Source: the human T2T-CHM13v2.0 reference genome, Homo sapiens
Reading direction: 5' to 3' (one strand)
Assembly: GCF_009914755.1 (NCBI RefSeq)
Contig: NC_060926.1
DNA: 64,000 nucleotides
Shown: positions 42,597 through 55,235 of the stretch, in pieces
Layout of the letters: each line of letters starts with the position of its first letter
How positions within the stretch are numbered: position 1 is the stretch's first letter
The notes under the pieces: generated by a model
Database searches by the model: none
The model's input: only the letters and a program-made list of their open reading frames with translations
What the model was told of the DNA's origin: nothing
Translations under genes and position numbers: made by a program

Positions 42597-44022
42597 GGCA
42601 AAGTGTCTTTTTCTTCACTTCTGGCTAAGCATGTGGAATGACTGGAAAAGTTATTCTTCCTACTTCAAGATTTCTTTGTATTCCTTTATCTCACCCAATG
42701 GCTTATAACCACAAGGGTTCATTCTTATCATCAATGAAGATTTCAACAATAAACATGGAAAACTGGAACAATCTTTTGGAGAACAATCTGTCACTATCTA
42801 AATAAAAATCACGTGGACCCTGGGGTTCAGCAATTCTACTTTTACAAACTTGCACTACAGATATCCAAGTAGAAATGCACAGGCATACCTGTAGAAAAAT
42901 ATCTAGGAAAAAAACATAAATATCAATAGGACGTTGGTTAAACACATATTGGTATAGATATGTAATAAAACATGCAGCTTTTTAAAAGAAATAGGAAAAA
43001 CAGCATTAAAATGTTTTCAATTTGTTATGTGATAAAACAAGTTGCAAATCAATATATATGCTGTAATATCACTTACAAAATATATGTATATGTAAATATA
43101 CAGACATACTTGTAAGCATATATGCACACATATGTATGACTACATACATATATGCATAAAGTATATGGAGTACACAAAAATTATTAGAGAATAGGGGATA
43201 TATTGTTTAAGTTTTTGTTATCAGTATATTATGATATTTTGACATCTTAAAAAGCCCTTCTGGTTGGGGACAGGCTGCCCCTCCTGGACTAGCCATTTCT
43301 TAGAGATAACAGACGGCTCAGCAGGGAGCATGTATTTGATAAGTAAAGTAACCAATCAAGAGTAACATCTCCTCTATCCTGCCCTGTTGTTTAAGCCACA
43401 CAGTCTGTGGCATTTTGTTATAGCAGCCTGAGCTTTTCACCACCCTCATTCATTTTCCGAACACCTACTATTTGATGGGAACCATGCTAGCACTGGGAAT
43501 CCACATGTTGGTCAAAAACAGACATAAACATGGACACACAAAAAAGTATTACTCAATTTATGCTGCAGCAACAAACCAACTCCAAAGCATCGATGACATA
43601 CCTCAAGAAGCAGTTTCAACAATCTGCTGGGAGCCAGGGTGAAAGGGCAGCAGCTATCTGAGTTCTTCTCTACTCATCACAGACATTAGACAGATAAGAA
43701 AAAACAGGCAGAAACAGGCAAGGCTTCCTGAAGCCTCTGCTACTTTTCACCTAGAATAAAAACCAAAGTTCTGCCTTTGGCCTCCAGGATCCTATATGAT
43801 TTGTTCAGCTACCCTCCTGCATTTTCATCTGCGTATCTCCTCTTTCACCCTTGGCTGCAGCCATGCTGGCCTTTTGCTATTCTTCAAACATACCAAGCAT
43901 ACCTATGTTGCTATGACTCTCAAGTGGCTGTTACTTCTACCTGGAGGCATTCATTCATTATTTGCAAAGGAAACTCGAGTTTCCTTCGATGAATCTCTTA
44001 TTATTCAATATGAAGTTTTGCA
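42597..44022 (-). repeat. Right arm of ~1.42-kb inverted duplication
   Basis: Reverse complement of 39257-40678; 43604-43762 is identical to 39521-39679. Confidence 0.97.
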
Positions 44023-44380
44023 AAGTTTGAAAAGGGACAAATGAGTACTGTCAAGGCAAAAAATCATTGAAACAGAAAAGTTATAAAGAATCATAGGAAA
44101 GTACAAAAAAGTATATTTCTTATTTGTAACACTTTTTTTCTCCTATCTTATATAAAACACAGTCACATAAAGTGCTTATTATAAATGTGATTGGATAGAT
44201 GTACAATGTGGAAGGATGTAAATCATACAACAGTAATAGCACAAAGATAAAAGAAGAGGAAAGGGCGCTATATAGAAGCAATTTTTGTATAGTATTTAAA
44301 TTAAGTTGCTGTTAATCCGAACTATATGGTTAGAAATTAAGAAGTTAATTAATCTCCAAAGCCAGAACTAAGAAAATACA

Positions 44381-45800
44381 TTTTATTATTTTTATTATAT
44401 TTATTGTTTTTCTGTTTTTTTAATTTGTATATGTGTATGGGGTACAAGTTCAATTTTGTTACATGCATAGATTGCATAGTAGCCAAGTAAGAGCTTTAAG
44501 GGTATCCATCACTCTAATAATGTACATTGTACCCATTAAGTGGTTTCTCATATCTACCCCCACTGCCACCCCCTCAATCTTCTGAGTCTTCTTTGTCTAT
44601 CATTCCACTCTCTATGTCTATATAAACACATATTTTAGCTCCTACTTATGAGTGAGAAATGCAATATTTGTTTTATTGTGTCTGACTTGTTTTACTTAAG
44701 ATAATGACCTCCAGTTTCATCCATATTTCTGTAAAAGATATGATTCCATTCTTTTTATGGCTGAGTATATTCCTTGTGTATTTATACCCCATTTTCTTTA
44801 TCTAATCATCCACCAATGGACACTTAGGTTGATTTGGTATCTGCTGTTGTGAACAGTGCTGTTATAAACATACGCATGCAAATACCATTTTGATATATTG
44901 ATTTGTTTTCCTTTGGATAGATACCCAGTAGTAGAATTGCTGAATCGCATGATAGTTCTATTTTTTGTTCTTTGAGAAACCTCCATACTGTATGAGATTG
45001 TACTTACTTAGATTCTCACCAAAAATGTGTGAGTTCCCTTTTCTCTGTATCCTTGCCAACATCTGTTATTTTTTTACTTTTTAATAGTAGCCATTCTGAC
45101 TGGTATAAGATGATATCTCATTGTGATTTAAATCTGCATTTATTTAATGATTAATAATGTTGAGCATGTTTTCATATACCTGTTGGTCATCTGAATGTTT
45201 TCTTTTGAAAAATACCTATTATGTCTTTTGCCCACTTTTTGATGGGATTATTTGTTGTTGTCGTTGTTGCTGCTGCTGTGTTGTTTGAGTTCCTTGTGTA
45301 TTCTGGATGTCAGTCCACTGCTGGAAGCATAGTTTGCAAATATTTTTTTCCCATCCTGCAGGTTGTTTGTTCACTCTACTGATTTATTTTACTGTGCAAG
45401 AAGCTTTTTAATTTAATCAAGTCCCATTTGTTTATTTTTGTTTTTGTTGCCTGTGCTGTTAAGGTCTTAGTTATAAATTCTTTGTCTGAAGGGATCTCCA
45501 GAAGAGTTTTTGCAATGTTTTCTTCGAGTATTTTTACTTTTGGGTCTTATGTTTAGGTCTGTAATCCATCTTGAGTTAATTTTTTATACATCGTGAGAGA
45601 GAGGGGCTCAGTTTCATTCTTCTGCATATGGCATTCCAGTATTCCCAGCACCATTTATTGAAGTGTCCTTTATCTGATGTATGTTCGTGTCAACTTTGTC
45701 AAAGATGAGCTTGCTGTAAATATGTGGCTTTATTTCTGTCTTCTGTATTCTGTTCCATTGATCTATGTGTCTATTTTTCTACCAGTGCCACAGTGTTTGG
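44381..45800 (-). mobile_element. L1MA3/L1PB4-like 3' 1.4 kb, antisense
   Basis: 'ggggtacaagttcaattttgttacatgcatagattgcatagt...gatatctcattgtg...cccagcaccatttattgaa'. Confidence 0.9.
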
Positions 45801-45850
45801 CATGGCATATATGGTAAAACATATATTTACCCAGGTATTAAGCCTACCTA

Positions 45851-46030
45851 GAAGTGACTATTAATGGGCATGAAGTTTGTTTCAGGGTAGATGTAAATAT
45901 TCCAAAATTAGATAGTAAGGATTGTTGCAGAACCCTATGAACCTTATGATTGTAGCAGAACTAAAAACCACTGAATTGTACATTTTTAAAAAGAAAATGA
46001 ATGCAATCTTTCAGTTAAAAAATAAATAAA
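45851..46030 (+). mobile_element. L1MB 3' terminal fragment
   Basis: 'gtgactattaatgggcatgaagtttg...ctaaaaaccactgaattgtacatttttaaaa'. Confidence 0.75.
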
Positions 46031-47034
46031 TAATCTCTTTTTAGTGTATACTGCTGAAGTTAATGGTAAGTGTAATTATCTGACTATATTTACTTTTAGC
46101 CTCCTAAAGATATTTCAAGTTGTTTCTGAACCAATTAGATGCTTCTTTCCAACTAAAGTGCATTAAGTCTAAAGTAAATGTTTAATAATTAACATTTATA
46201 GATTTAAAAAGTACTTTCTTAATGAACAGAATATAGGATTAATGTAACACTACGACTCACTCACACTAATGTTTTTGCCCAAAAGCATATTAGCTCCAGA
46301 TTCAAATGCAGAACCTGGTTGAGTCATGAATGGACATTTATGGGCTCTGACTGCATCCAGTCAAGCCATTAGGAGGTCGGTAAGAGCAATTCTGTACAAA
46401 GAATAACCAATTTACTTGTGTTCAGATAATAAATCTGATGACAAGATTTCAACCGCCATGATTATGATTATATTAATTTTAACTGCTATCTGAAAATGCA
46501 GATTATATTGACACACTCAGACTTGTTTCACATAAAATCTCCTAAAGAACAATTTAGGTGAATTTAATCAAATAATCTATATTTTTTTCTTAATTAAGTT
46601 CATAGAAAAAGATTTGAATTTTTAACCTTTTCAACAATTTGTTTTGACGTAGTAGACAATGGGCATTTATAAGCAGAATGAAGGACAGACAGGAAGATTG
46701 ATTTAAGTGGCACTTAAGAATGTTTGAAAGTTTTAAAAAATTCACTGAAGAAGTAACATGAGTTGAAATTGCGGAATCTCTGTTTTAGCCACAATACTGA
46801 AAAGGACAAAGATTTCTTTTTCTATTGAGCTTATATTTTAAATGGGGAGTTAAAATATAAATAAACTTAAACTAATGAATGAATGAACAAATAACTGAAA
46901 TAGCATAGTATATCTTAGGTGAGAAACTGTATAGAGATAATGAGCACATTAAGTAGAAAGGAGTGTGCAAGGGAAGGGATGGGGATATGCTGCAGTGTTA
47001 AATAATGTGATGAGAAAGGGCTTCATTATGAGAT

Positions 47035-47770
47035 GGGAATTGTATGGAGATTTCTCCAAAAGTTAAAAATAGAACTACAGTGTGATGCAGCAATCCTACC
47101 ACTGGATATATATCCAAAGGAAATACAATCAGCGTTCCTATGTTCATTGCAACATTATTCACAAAAGCCAAGATATGAAAGTTACCTAAGCATCCATAAA
47201 TGGACAAATGAATAAAGAAAATGTGGTATATATTATATATTCAATAGATTATCATTCATTCTTAAGGAAATCCTGTCATTTGTGATAACATGGATGAACC
47301 TAGAGGATGTTATGCTAAGTGATATGAGCCGGGCACAAAAAGACAAGTCAGTACTGCATTATCTTACACAGACGTGGAATCTAAAAATGACCAACTCATA
47401 GAAGTAGAAGGCAGAATAGTGGTTACCAGGGGTTGGCAAAAAGGTGAAGGTTGGGGGGATTGGGAAGATGTTGATCAAAAGATACGGTATTTCAATTAGA
47501 TAGAAGAAATTAGTTCAAGAGATCTGTTGTACAACATGGTGACTAGAGTTAGTAACAATATATTGTACAATTGAAAACGGCTAAGAAAGTAGATTTTAAG
47601 TGTTTTCATCACAAATAAATAAGTTCGTGAGGTAATGTATATGTTAATTAGCTTTAGTTAGCCATTCCACAATGTATACATATATAAAAATATGATAAAT
47701 ATGTATCAGGTTGATGAAAAAGTAATCACGGTTTTTGCTAATATAATTTTTGTTAATTAAAAAATAAATT
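47035..47770 (+). mobile_element. L1MA5/6-like 3' end inside an L2; contains a half-MADE at ~47705-47740
   Basis: 'gtatggagatttctccaaaagttaaaaatagaactac...agttcaagagatctgttgtacaacatggtgact...'. Confidence 0.85.
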
Positions 47771-47919
47771 TTAAAAAAGCTAACGTCTATCAATGGGGTG
47801 GTTAATAAACAGTTAAAATGAATATATAAAGAGGAAATGAGAGTTAAACAAGGTATTCAAAGTGGTGGTAAGAGAATATTTCTGAAAGAGCTACCAGCAA
47901 GAGTGAAATCTCTAATGTG

Positions 47920-48365
47920 CAGTCGTGTGGGGAAACTGGCTTATTTCACAAAAGCTCATTGTTAAATTATCAGAAATTGTTTGAGCCAGTTGCTAAATAT
48001 GGTCATTATTAAACATCATATTACATGCACTTAAAATTAAATAAAATGCATTAGAAAAAAAGATATTCATTACTTGTTAATCATTTTACTACATTTTATT
48101 ATTGATGATCTTGAAGTTATTTACTCCTATTCTTTCTATATTGTGAATACAATATAATGATGTACTTCTGTGCATTTCTTCCCAATTCTGTATTCAAAGA
48201 TGTCATAATGATCATTTGAAATCTCCAAGGGTGGAAGTACTTACATCACAGAAGTTGGCAAACACTACAAATCAGGGCTTTCTTTCATGTTTTATTGATT
48301 ATCTAGACACAAGAAAGAGATAGAATGTTAGTAATGCATATTGAACTTAAAAGTGTGCTGTATCC
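47920..48365 (+). mobile_element. MER63 (hAT-Blackjack) fragment
   Basis: 'cagtcgtgtggggaaactggc...attgttaaattatcagaaattgtttgagccagttgctaaa...ttggcaaacactacaaatcagggc'. Confidence 0.75.
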
Positions 48366-48470
48366 TATTATTTCAAGATCTTAGTCAACTTCATATATAA
48401 AACATGCCGTGCTTCTGGGTTAACTTTTCTAGGAAATTGCTGTGGTTTCTTCTTCTTTTGAATATGTGAG

Positions 48471-48864
48471 TGTCTTAGTCTGTTTTGTATTGCTGTAAAA
48501 GAATACCCAAGACTGAATAACTTATTAATTAAAGAGTTTTATTTAGCTCTTGTTTCTGCAGGCTGGAAAAGAAGCATGACACCAGCATCTGCTTTTAGTG
48601 AGAGCCTCAGACTGCTTTCAATCATGACGGAAGGCAAAAAGGAGCCAGTGTGAACAGAGATCACATGCTGAGAGAAGATGCAAAAGAAAGAGGAGGGAGG
48701 TACCAGACTCTTTTTAACAACCAGCTCTCACAGAAACTAATAGAGTGAGAACTCACTCATTCCTGTAAGGGTTGCACCAAACCTTTCATGACTAGGCCCC
48801 ACATCCAACATTCAGGACAAAATTCAACATGAGCTTTGTGAGGGACAGACGTTCAAACTGTAGT
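48471..48864 (-). mobile_element. MSTB-like MaLR solo LTR
   Basis: 'tgtcttagtctgttttgtattgctgtaaaagaatacc...ctttttaacaaccagctctc...gggacagacgttcaaactgtag'. Confidence 0.85.
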
Positions 48865-49200
48865 TGTGAGTCTCGCCTGACTAAGGAGTTTTACCTATAC
48901 ACTGAAGGAAAATCAGAGAGGCTAAATAGATATAAAATGCTTAACTTTAGGGTGAGAGGATGGAGACAAAACTATAAGCTGAGTGGAATGCACATGCCAG
49001 AAAGAGTAGAGTGCCAACATCTATCCTAGGAATCATAATTCCCAAACAGGTAATTTTATCTCTGTCAAAAAGAGCCCTGTTAATTTTTCCTGGGAATAAA
49101 TGCTGCATTACAAGCATTTGGAAAGGGGATGTGGAGAGAAAACTGGGATATTTGACCTATAGGTAGACTTTTAATTAATTACCCTGCTTTGATTTCCCTT

Positions 49201-49512
49201 TGATACGGCTGAGCTGTGTCTCCACCCAAATCTCTTCTCGAATTGTAATCTCTATAATCTCCATGCATTGAGGGAGTGATCAGGTGGGAAGTGATTGGAT
49301 CATGGGGTGGTTTCCCTCATGCTGTTCTTATGATAGTGAATGAGTTCTCATGAGATCTAATGGTTTTATAAGGCAGTTTTCCCTGCTCTTGCTAGCTCCC
49401 TCTTTCCTGCTACCATGTGAGGGTCTTTGCTTTCCCTTTGCCTTCTGCCATGATTGTAAGTTTCCTGAGGCCTCCCCAGCCACGTGGAACTGTGAGTCAA
49501 TTAAACCTCTCT
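49201..49512 (+). mobile_element. THE1D/MSTA LTR, 3'-truncated
   Basis: 'tgatacggctgagctgtgtctccacccaaatctc...ggaactgtgagtcaattaaacctctct'. Confidence 0.88.
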
Positions 49513-51938
49513 ATGTAAGAAAGGGTGCCCATATAAGCCTACACCAAATGGTTAATAGGAGTTCTTTCTGTGCAATAGTACTAAGTAACCTAACTTTTTT
49601 TTCTTTTCTATATTTCCCGATTTTGCAAATAAACATATTTACTTGCTTAATACAGTTGTTTTTAAGGACATGTTACTTTCTGATTTTAAGTTTGCAACTG
49701 GTAACATTACTGCTGTCTTCACCAGTTGTCTAGAACTGGCTGATTGGTTATTTTTAACAATGACATTAACCAATACTGTCTCAGAAGATTAATTTGTCTT
49801 TCAAAGTTGGGGTAATTTTTCTTTGTTCATGTTACTTTAGCTGCAGTCAATGAAAGGGAGTTTTTACAAAGATAATCAGAGCATAGATAAGCTTTCACAG
49901 GATATTCTTATTTTCTGCTTTCGGTTTTTTCCTCAATAGTACCTTAAATGGCAGCATACAGATGAATGAAGATCTGTTAATGTCAGCATTGATTTTATAA
50001 TCCCTCAGCAGAAACTCAAATGGGATCTGATGTCTGCCATGACTTTTTTATTCTTATGGAATAAGTATGGTTTAAGAAACTATGGCTTCATTGTTTGTAA
50101 GGCAAATATTTCCAACTTTGCTGTATTCCTTGACAATCTGCCTTAAGCAAGAATATATGACTTACTCTTTGCCTAAAAATTTTGTTTGATGGATTTTTTT
50201 GATGTAGGTATATATACATATATATTTATAAAATGTAAATTAACAAATATTTCTTTATATCCCAAATAATTAAAAATACATTGTCATAGACACCATTATT
50301 CTGCAATTCCTTCTGGGGGAGATAAGAGGACTTAGGACATCAGTCTCACTTCTTTGGAGGAACGATAACCTGGTTATACCAATAGCTTGGCTATAGGGTG
50401 TAAGAAAGTAATACGTTCCTCACTAGGAAATATATAACTGCCTTTGTGACATTGCAATTAAGTCTCAAGTTGGAGACATCTGATTGTGTGGGGTGTGAGA
50501 GTGAGGAGAGATGTCTTTTCTAGTTTCGTCATAACATTTGGCATTCAGGGCTCTCAACTTACAACAATTTATTGATGTCCATATGTATTGTTAGATAAAT
50601 TTGGGTGTATGGGAGTAACAGTCTCAGTCTCAAAGTGAATCATGTTGAAGCAAAATACTAAATGAATGTATTTTGAACTATCTATCAAATAGATAATATG
50701 TTCTCCTTAGATTCGTTCAAAAGTCATTCTTTAAATATGTATTCAGTGAGGTTGTCAGTCCCACACATCTGTGGCCAGTGAAGAGCAAGAAAAGCATGAA
50801 AAGGCTGCCAGAGTCCATAGCATATCACTTGCATGACAATAGAGCTGCTGCTAGCGAGACAGATATTGGGGGAAATTCAATAACCTAGGGTTGAGGGCAA
50901 AATTGCATCAGCCAAAATCATGCTTAAAACTTAAAAGAGGTTACAGAGCATTGGATGGGGAGAGAGAATGCAAAGCCAAATTCTCAGTGAAAGGCATAGA
51001 GGCATAGGGATTATAAGAAAGACTTTGTGAAAATCATTCTGGTAGAATTTGTGTCCCTATTTCAAGCTCAAACTGATAAGTATACTTGACCTCCATATTC
51101 TAACCTAGTCACATCAGTCAATTGAGCCATTGTTGAGAAGACTTAAATGATTACTTCATGGAGAACTCTCTGGAGCAGTGGACTGGCAAGGAAATATGTG
51201 TAAATAAAATAGTTAATCAATCCTAAAGTATTAATATTTTATGTTAAATTTGCAATCTGTGTATTTTATTTAAATACTGGTAATAATAAAAAGAATTTGA
51301 TATATTAGCTTTGTTGTTTTTAGCTGTGAGTAAATAGGATGTTTTTGTAAATTGAACTGTAATATTTATGGGAACTCAGTTCCTGGCTTATGTCAATTTA
51401 TTTATTAGATTAATAACATTTCATATCATGTTTAAATATATATATATTTAATTTATAAAATTTAGTTTAGTGTGTTTAAGAGAATGTACTTCACTAAGTT
51501 TATAAGCAGGAACTACTGGTTAGGAAACATTAACTGCTTAACTTGGGTTAACCATTAATTTTAAATAAGATGAAATAAACTACTCTCATTTTTATCTAAA
51601 TATTACTTATAAGTTAATAAAACATAGATGAACTAAAAGGTCTAAGGAAAATTAATCCTTTAGTAAAACTGACTATTAATTTGAAACTCTCAAATATTAA
51701 AACTCATGTCAGCATGCCACAATTGATAACATAAATTGTATATAATACAGTTGATAATGGAATTCTATTCCTCATCAAGTGTCAGAGAAGTTGATAGTTC
51801 TAGGTATTTATGGAGGTGGGAAAGAGTGGACAGAGAGTCCAAAGAAATGAGGTCCGATAGGGAAACATTGAGGGTCAAGGTCTACCCATCCACAAGACCT
51901 CAAATCATCCCCCTTAGGATTTAACTCAAAATGGGCAA

Positions 51939-51957
51939 CAGCCACCAGGTGGTGCCA
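51939..51957 (+). promoter_or_regulatory. Candidate CTCF binding motif (CAGCCACCAGGTGGTGCCA)
   Basis: Close match to the CTCF consensus with one deviation at a conserved position (T for C at 15). Confidence 0.5.
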
Positions 51958-52811
51958 AACTACAGCCCAAACCAGTTATGGATTTAGCTCATACAGACAA
52001 ACCACTGGGCCTCATTCTGACTAAATACATGGAGTTGAACCAATTAATTCCTTAACCTTACATTAATTGAATTGCACGTTTTCATAAAATTCAGTTTCTG
52101 CCTTTCAATCACAGTGTAATGTTGGGATTTTTACTGTGACTATAGTTATTTTTGATTCTCAAGGTTTCACCTAACACATTTTAAAAAATTGCATTCATAG
52201 ACATAGCAGCCTTATAGAAGATGGAAATTGTACAATGCTCCCAGCTCTTCTGTGTCTGAAGTTATCTGAACTCAGTACAATTTATCTGGTGTTATTAATA
52301 ATGTTAACTTGGTCTGCATAATCAATGGCACCTAGAGAATATTCCACAAAAGTATTCTGTAATCTGTTTATAAAGTTAGTAAAATAATTTGTTAATACTT
52401 TATCCCAAATATTAAATATACTATACATCACTTGTTACATATTTACATGAAGATAAATATGTTTAACAAATGATGTATGATATTTACAAGTAACTAATGA
52501 AATTGAAACTCTAATTGATATTCAATGTCAGTCCATTTATAGTGTAGTGACGATGATGATGAGAGTAAATAGGCAAAAGTCTTTATAGCCTTCCTCCTCT
52601 TGGACATCAGGCTTTGTCATATGTTAACGTAAGAGCAAATGAGTTGTCTCCTGGAAGTAAAGGTGATACGCAAATTGTAAAAAGTTCTTTTATCTCCATG
52701 TGGTTATTCAATGTTGAGATCTGTGTATGTCTATGTACTCTAAATATACATAATGAACTTAATTTTTATGTTTTGATATTATCTTTATTTTACTAATTGT
52801 TTCATGCTAAT

Positions 52812-52987
52812 CCGTGAATTACAGAAACACTTTCTTATGTGCCATGAAATTCCTGCAAATGTGTGTATCTGTGCTATATCTATCTATGAGAAAGGTTTAC
52901 CATGAATTACAGAGACACTTTCTTGTATGCCATGAAATGCCTGCAAATGTGTGTATGTGTGCTATATCTGTCTATGAGAAAGGTTTA
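52812..52987. repeat. 88-bp tandem duplication (2 copies, 7 mismatches)
   Basis: 52812-52899 vs 52900-52987 aligned by eye with no indels. Confidence 0.95.
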
Positions 52988-53372
52988 TCACCTAGGCTGA
53001 ACACTTGGGTTTCTCCCCTGGGTTTGTTTTCTATCTCTTTTTAAAGATGACTGGTCTTCAAAAGAATCTCTTACTCTTGGGGCTGAGACTAATCTAACTG
53101 ACTGAACTAAAAATTCACTATAAAGAGATTTTATGTTCTTTGCATGCTAATTACAGTAGCGCTGTGAAAAACCACCCTGAAAATAGGTCCAACACAAGCA
53201 TGAAGCTATGAAATACATGCCAATTTATGTGAGCCTGTACAATACTAGCTCATCTGACCACCCAACACTCTCTAAAAGGATCCCTTAATGTATTAGAATA
53301 TAGACTGGCTCACAATTAAAACTTACCATTTCTTTAAAAAAAAATTTTTTTAAATTTTTTTGGCCTAATTGT

Positions 53373-53600
53373 ATTTTTTTAATTGACGAATAATAATTGC
53401 CATATTCATACATATTCATGGGGTACATAGTAATGTTTGGATACCTATAATATATAGTGATTAGATGAGGGTAATTAGCATATCTGTTATCTCAAAGCTT
53501 TATCATTTATTTGTGTTGGGAACGTTCAATATCCTCCTCCTAGCTATTTGAAACTATATCATACATTATGGTTAACTATAGTGATCTTAAAATGGTATGG
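53373..53600 (-). mobile_element. L1MA4/5-like 3' end
   Basis: 'catattcatggggtacatagt...gattagatgagggtaattagcatatc...ctagctatttgaaac'. Confidence 0.8.
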
Positions 53601-54949
53601 ATTTCATTATGGGATATAAATTTAGTTGGTGGCAGCCTACCAGGTACATAGGCCAGATGGGAGACAATCTTTTAATCAATTATATGACCCAGAGAGCAGA
53701 CTATGATCATTGAAACAAATTTATAAAATAAGCATAGACCTGACCTTGGAGGCCCTTGTTTGAACATATCTTTACAATTGTTTCAATGGCATGCCTCCAA
53801 AAAATTCAGCAATACCCCATTGGTTTTCTTCCCAAGATGCTAAGAGCAGTAAGCAGTTAGTATTTAAGATAACTTATAGGATCATGAAGAAGCTTCATTG
53901 AATTTTAATGACAAAATTTGAGTTGAGGGGAAGCATATTTTAAATTGCTTGCATTTCTTTCTATGGGACAGTAATTCAAACTATTATTTTTATAAATATA
54001 TAAGGCTAAAGTGTTAACATCAAGTATGTTAGCAAAATGAGTCAAATTTCAGAGTTATGAAAGCAATATCAGCCAAGCAGAAAGTAAAAGTATTCCTACT
54101 CAAGGCGTATAAATTTCTATATTAGAAAGTAGGCCCCTGACGTTTTTGAGGGGTGGTCCATTTGTCAAGTTGTAAGTAGTCAATAACTGTTCATCTCCTG
54201 AAGACATAGAGAATACCTAATGTCTAAATTATATCCCAAGTACCTAATATTGTGCTAAGACCTTTTAGATCTTCAATAAAATCTAGTGATTGACAAAGAA
54301 AATACATCATACTTTTCACAGCCTCCATATCAAGAGCTTTTAGTTTGGTAGGTTTATTTGGCTTCCTTACTGTCAAGTTTGCATGTCACAAAATGGGATA
54401 AGAGGAACAGGTCTCTTTTGATCTTTAAAACTATACGGATTTGACCCACCAATTCCAAGTCCAATAAATAATCAATTAACAGCCACTTTGTGGATATATA
54501 AGTATACATAAGTGTATGTTTTCCATAGCCATAGAAAGTCTCACTGAGAAAGTGATGTTTGATTAAAGACCTGGAGGGGAGAAATTATGTAAATATGTAG
54601 ATAATGTCATAAATTCAACCAGTATATGTGGTAGAAATATAACCAATTATAACACCCTGTCTGTTCAGTAAAGAGAGATTACAAATTCAAACTATCATTC
54701 CTCTGAATTGGCAGTCTATAGAGTCTTTTTAACAGGTAGTTACTGTGTGGCTTTTTGTTCAAAAAAGATTGAGAATCAACAGTTATGGTAGGCACCGTGG
54801 GTTTGCAAATCCAAAATTTATTCTCAATTCTTCTCTCTTTTGCTCACCTCTGCATTTAGATGCTAGAAAAATCTCAATACCTTTCTGCCTGCTATGTAGC
54901 CATACAGGACAGTGGGAAGTTAAAATAGAAAAACGTTTGATTTCTTGAA

Positions 54950-55235
54950 AGACAACAGGCTCAGTGTCTTGGTCCCCTGTCCTTTTGCTATGGCTTTGAA
55001 TGCAAATAACATAACTGGACATGGGTAGATATCCTGGACCACAGGGTAGCGAGGATGAAGGAAAGGCCCAAAGAATCTCAGAGACATTAACCCTACAATC
55101 AAGCTGTTAAACCAACACTAACGCTGCTTTACTCAAGACTTAAAAAAAAATTTGAGAAAAATACACCCTGATTCATTTGAACTTCTGTAACTCAAGTTTT
55201 CATTTACTTGTGGCTAAAATCTTTTCTAATGTTTA
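54950..55235 (+). mobile_element. LTR16-family (ERV-L) LTR fragment
   Basis: 'gaggatgaaggaaaggcccaaagaatctcagagacatt...ttacttgtggctaaaatcttttctaa'. Confidence 0.55.

Noticed and set aside
39209-44044. Paired similar ORFs on opposite strands (MASRILYDLFSY..., MICSAT...)
   Set aside because: They only reflect the inverted duplication of an L2 fragment and are not a gene pair.
36845-45875. L1MB piece ending at 36866 and L1MB piece starting at 45851 look consecutive in consensus
   Set aside because: The intervening 9 kb contains older elements and the ~20-bp overlap is diverged; more simply two independent fragments.
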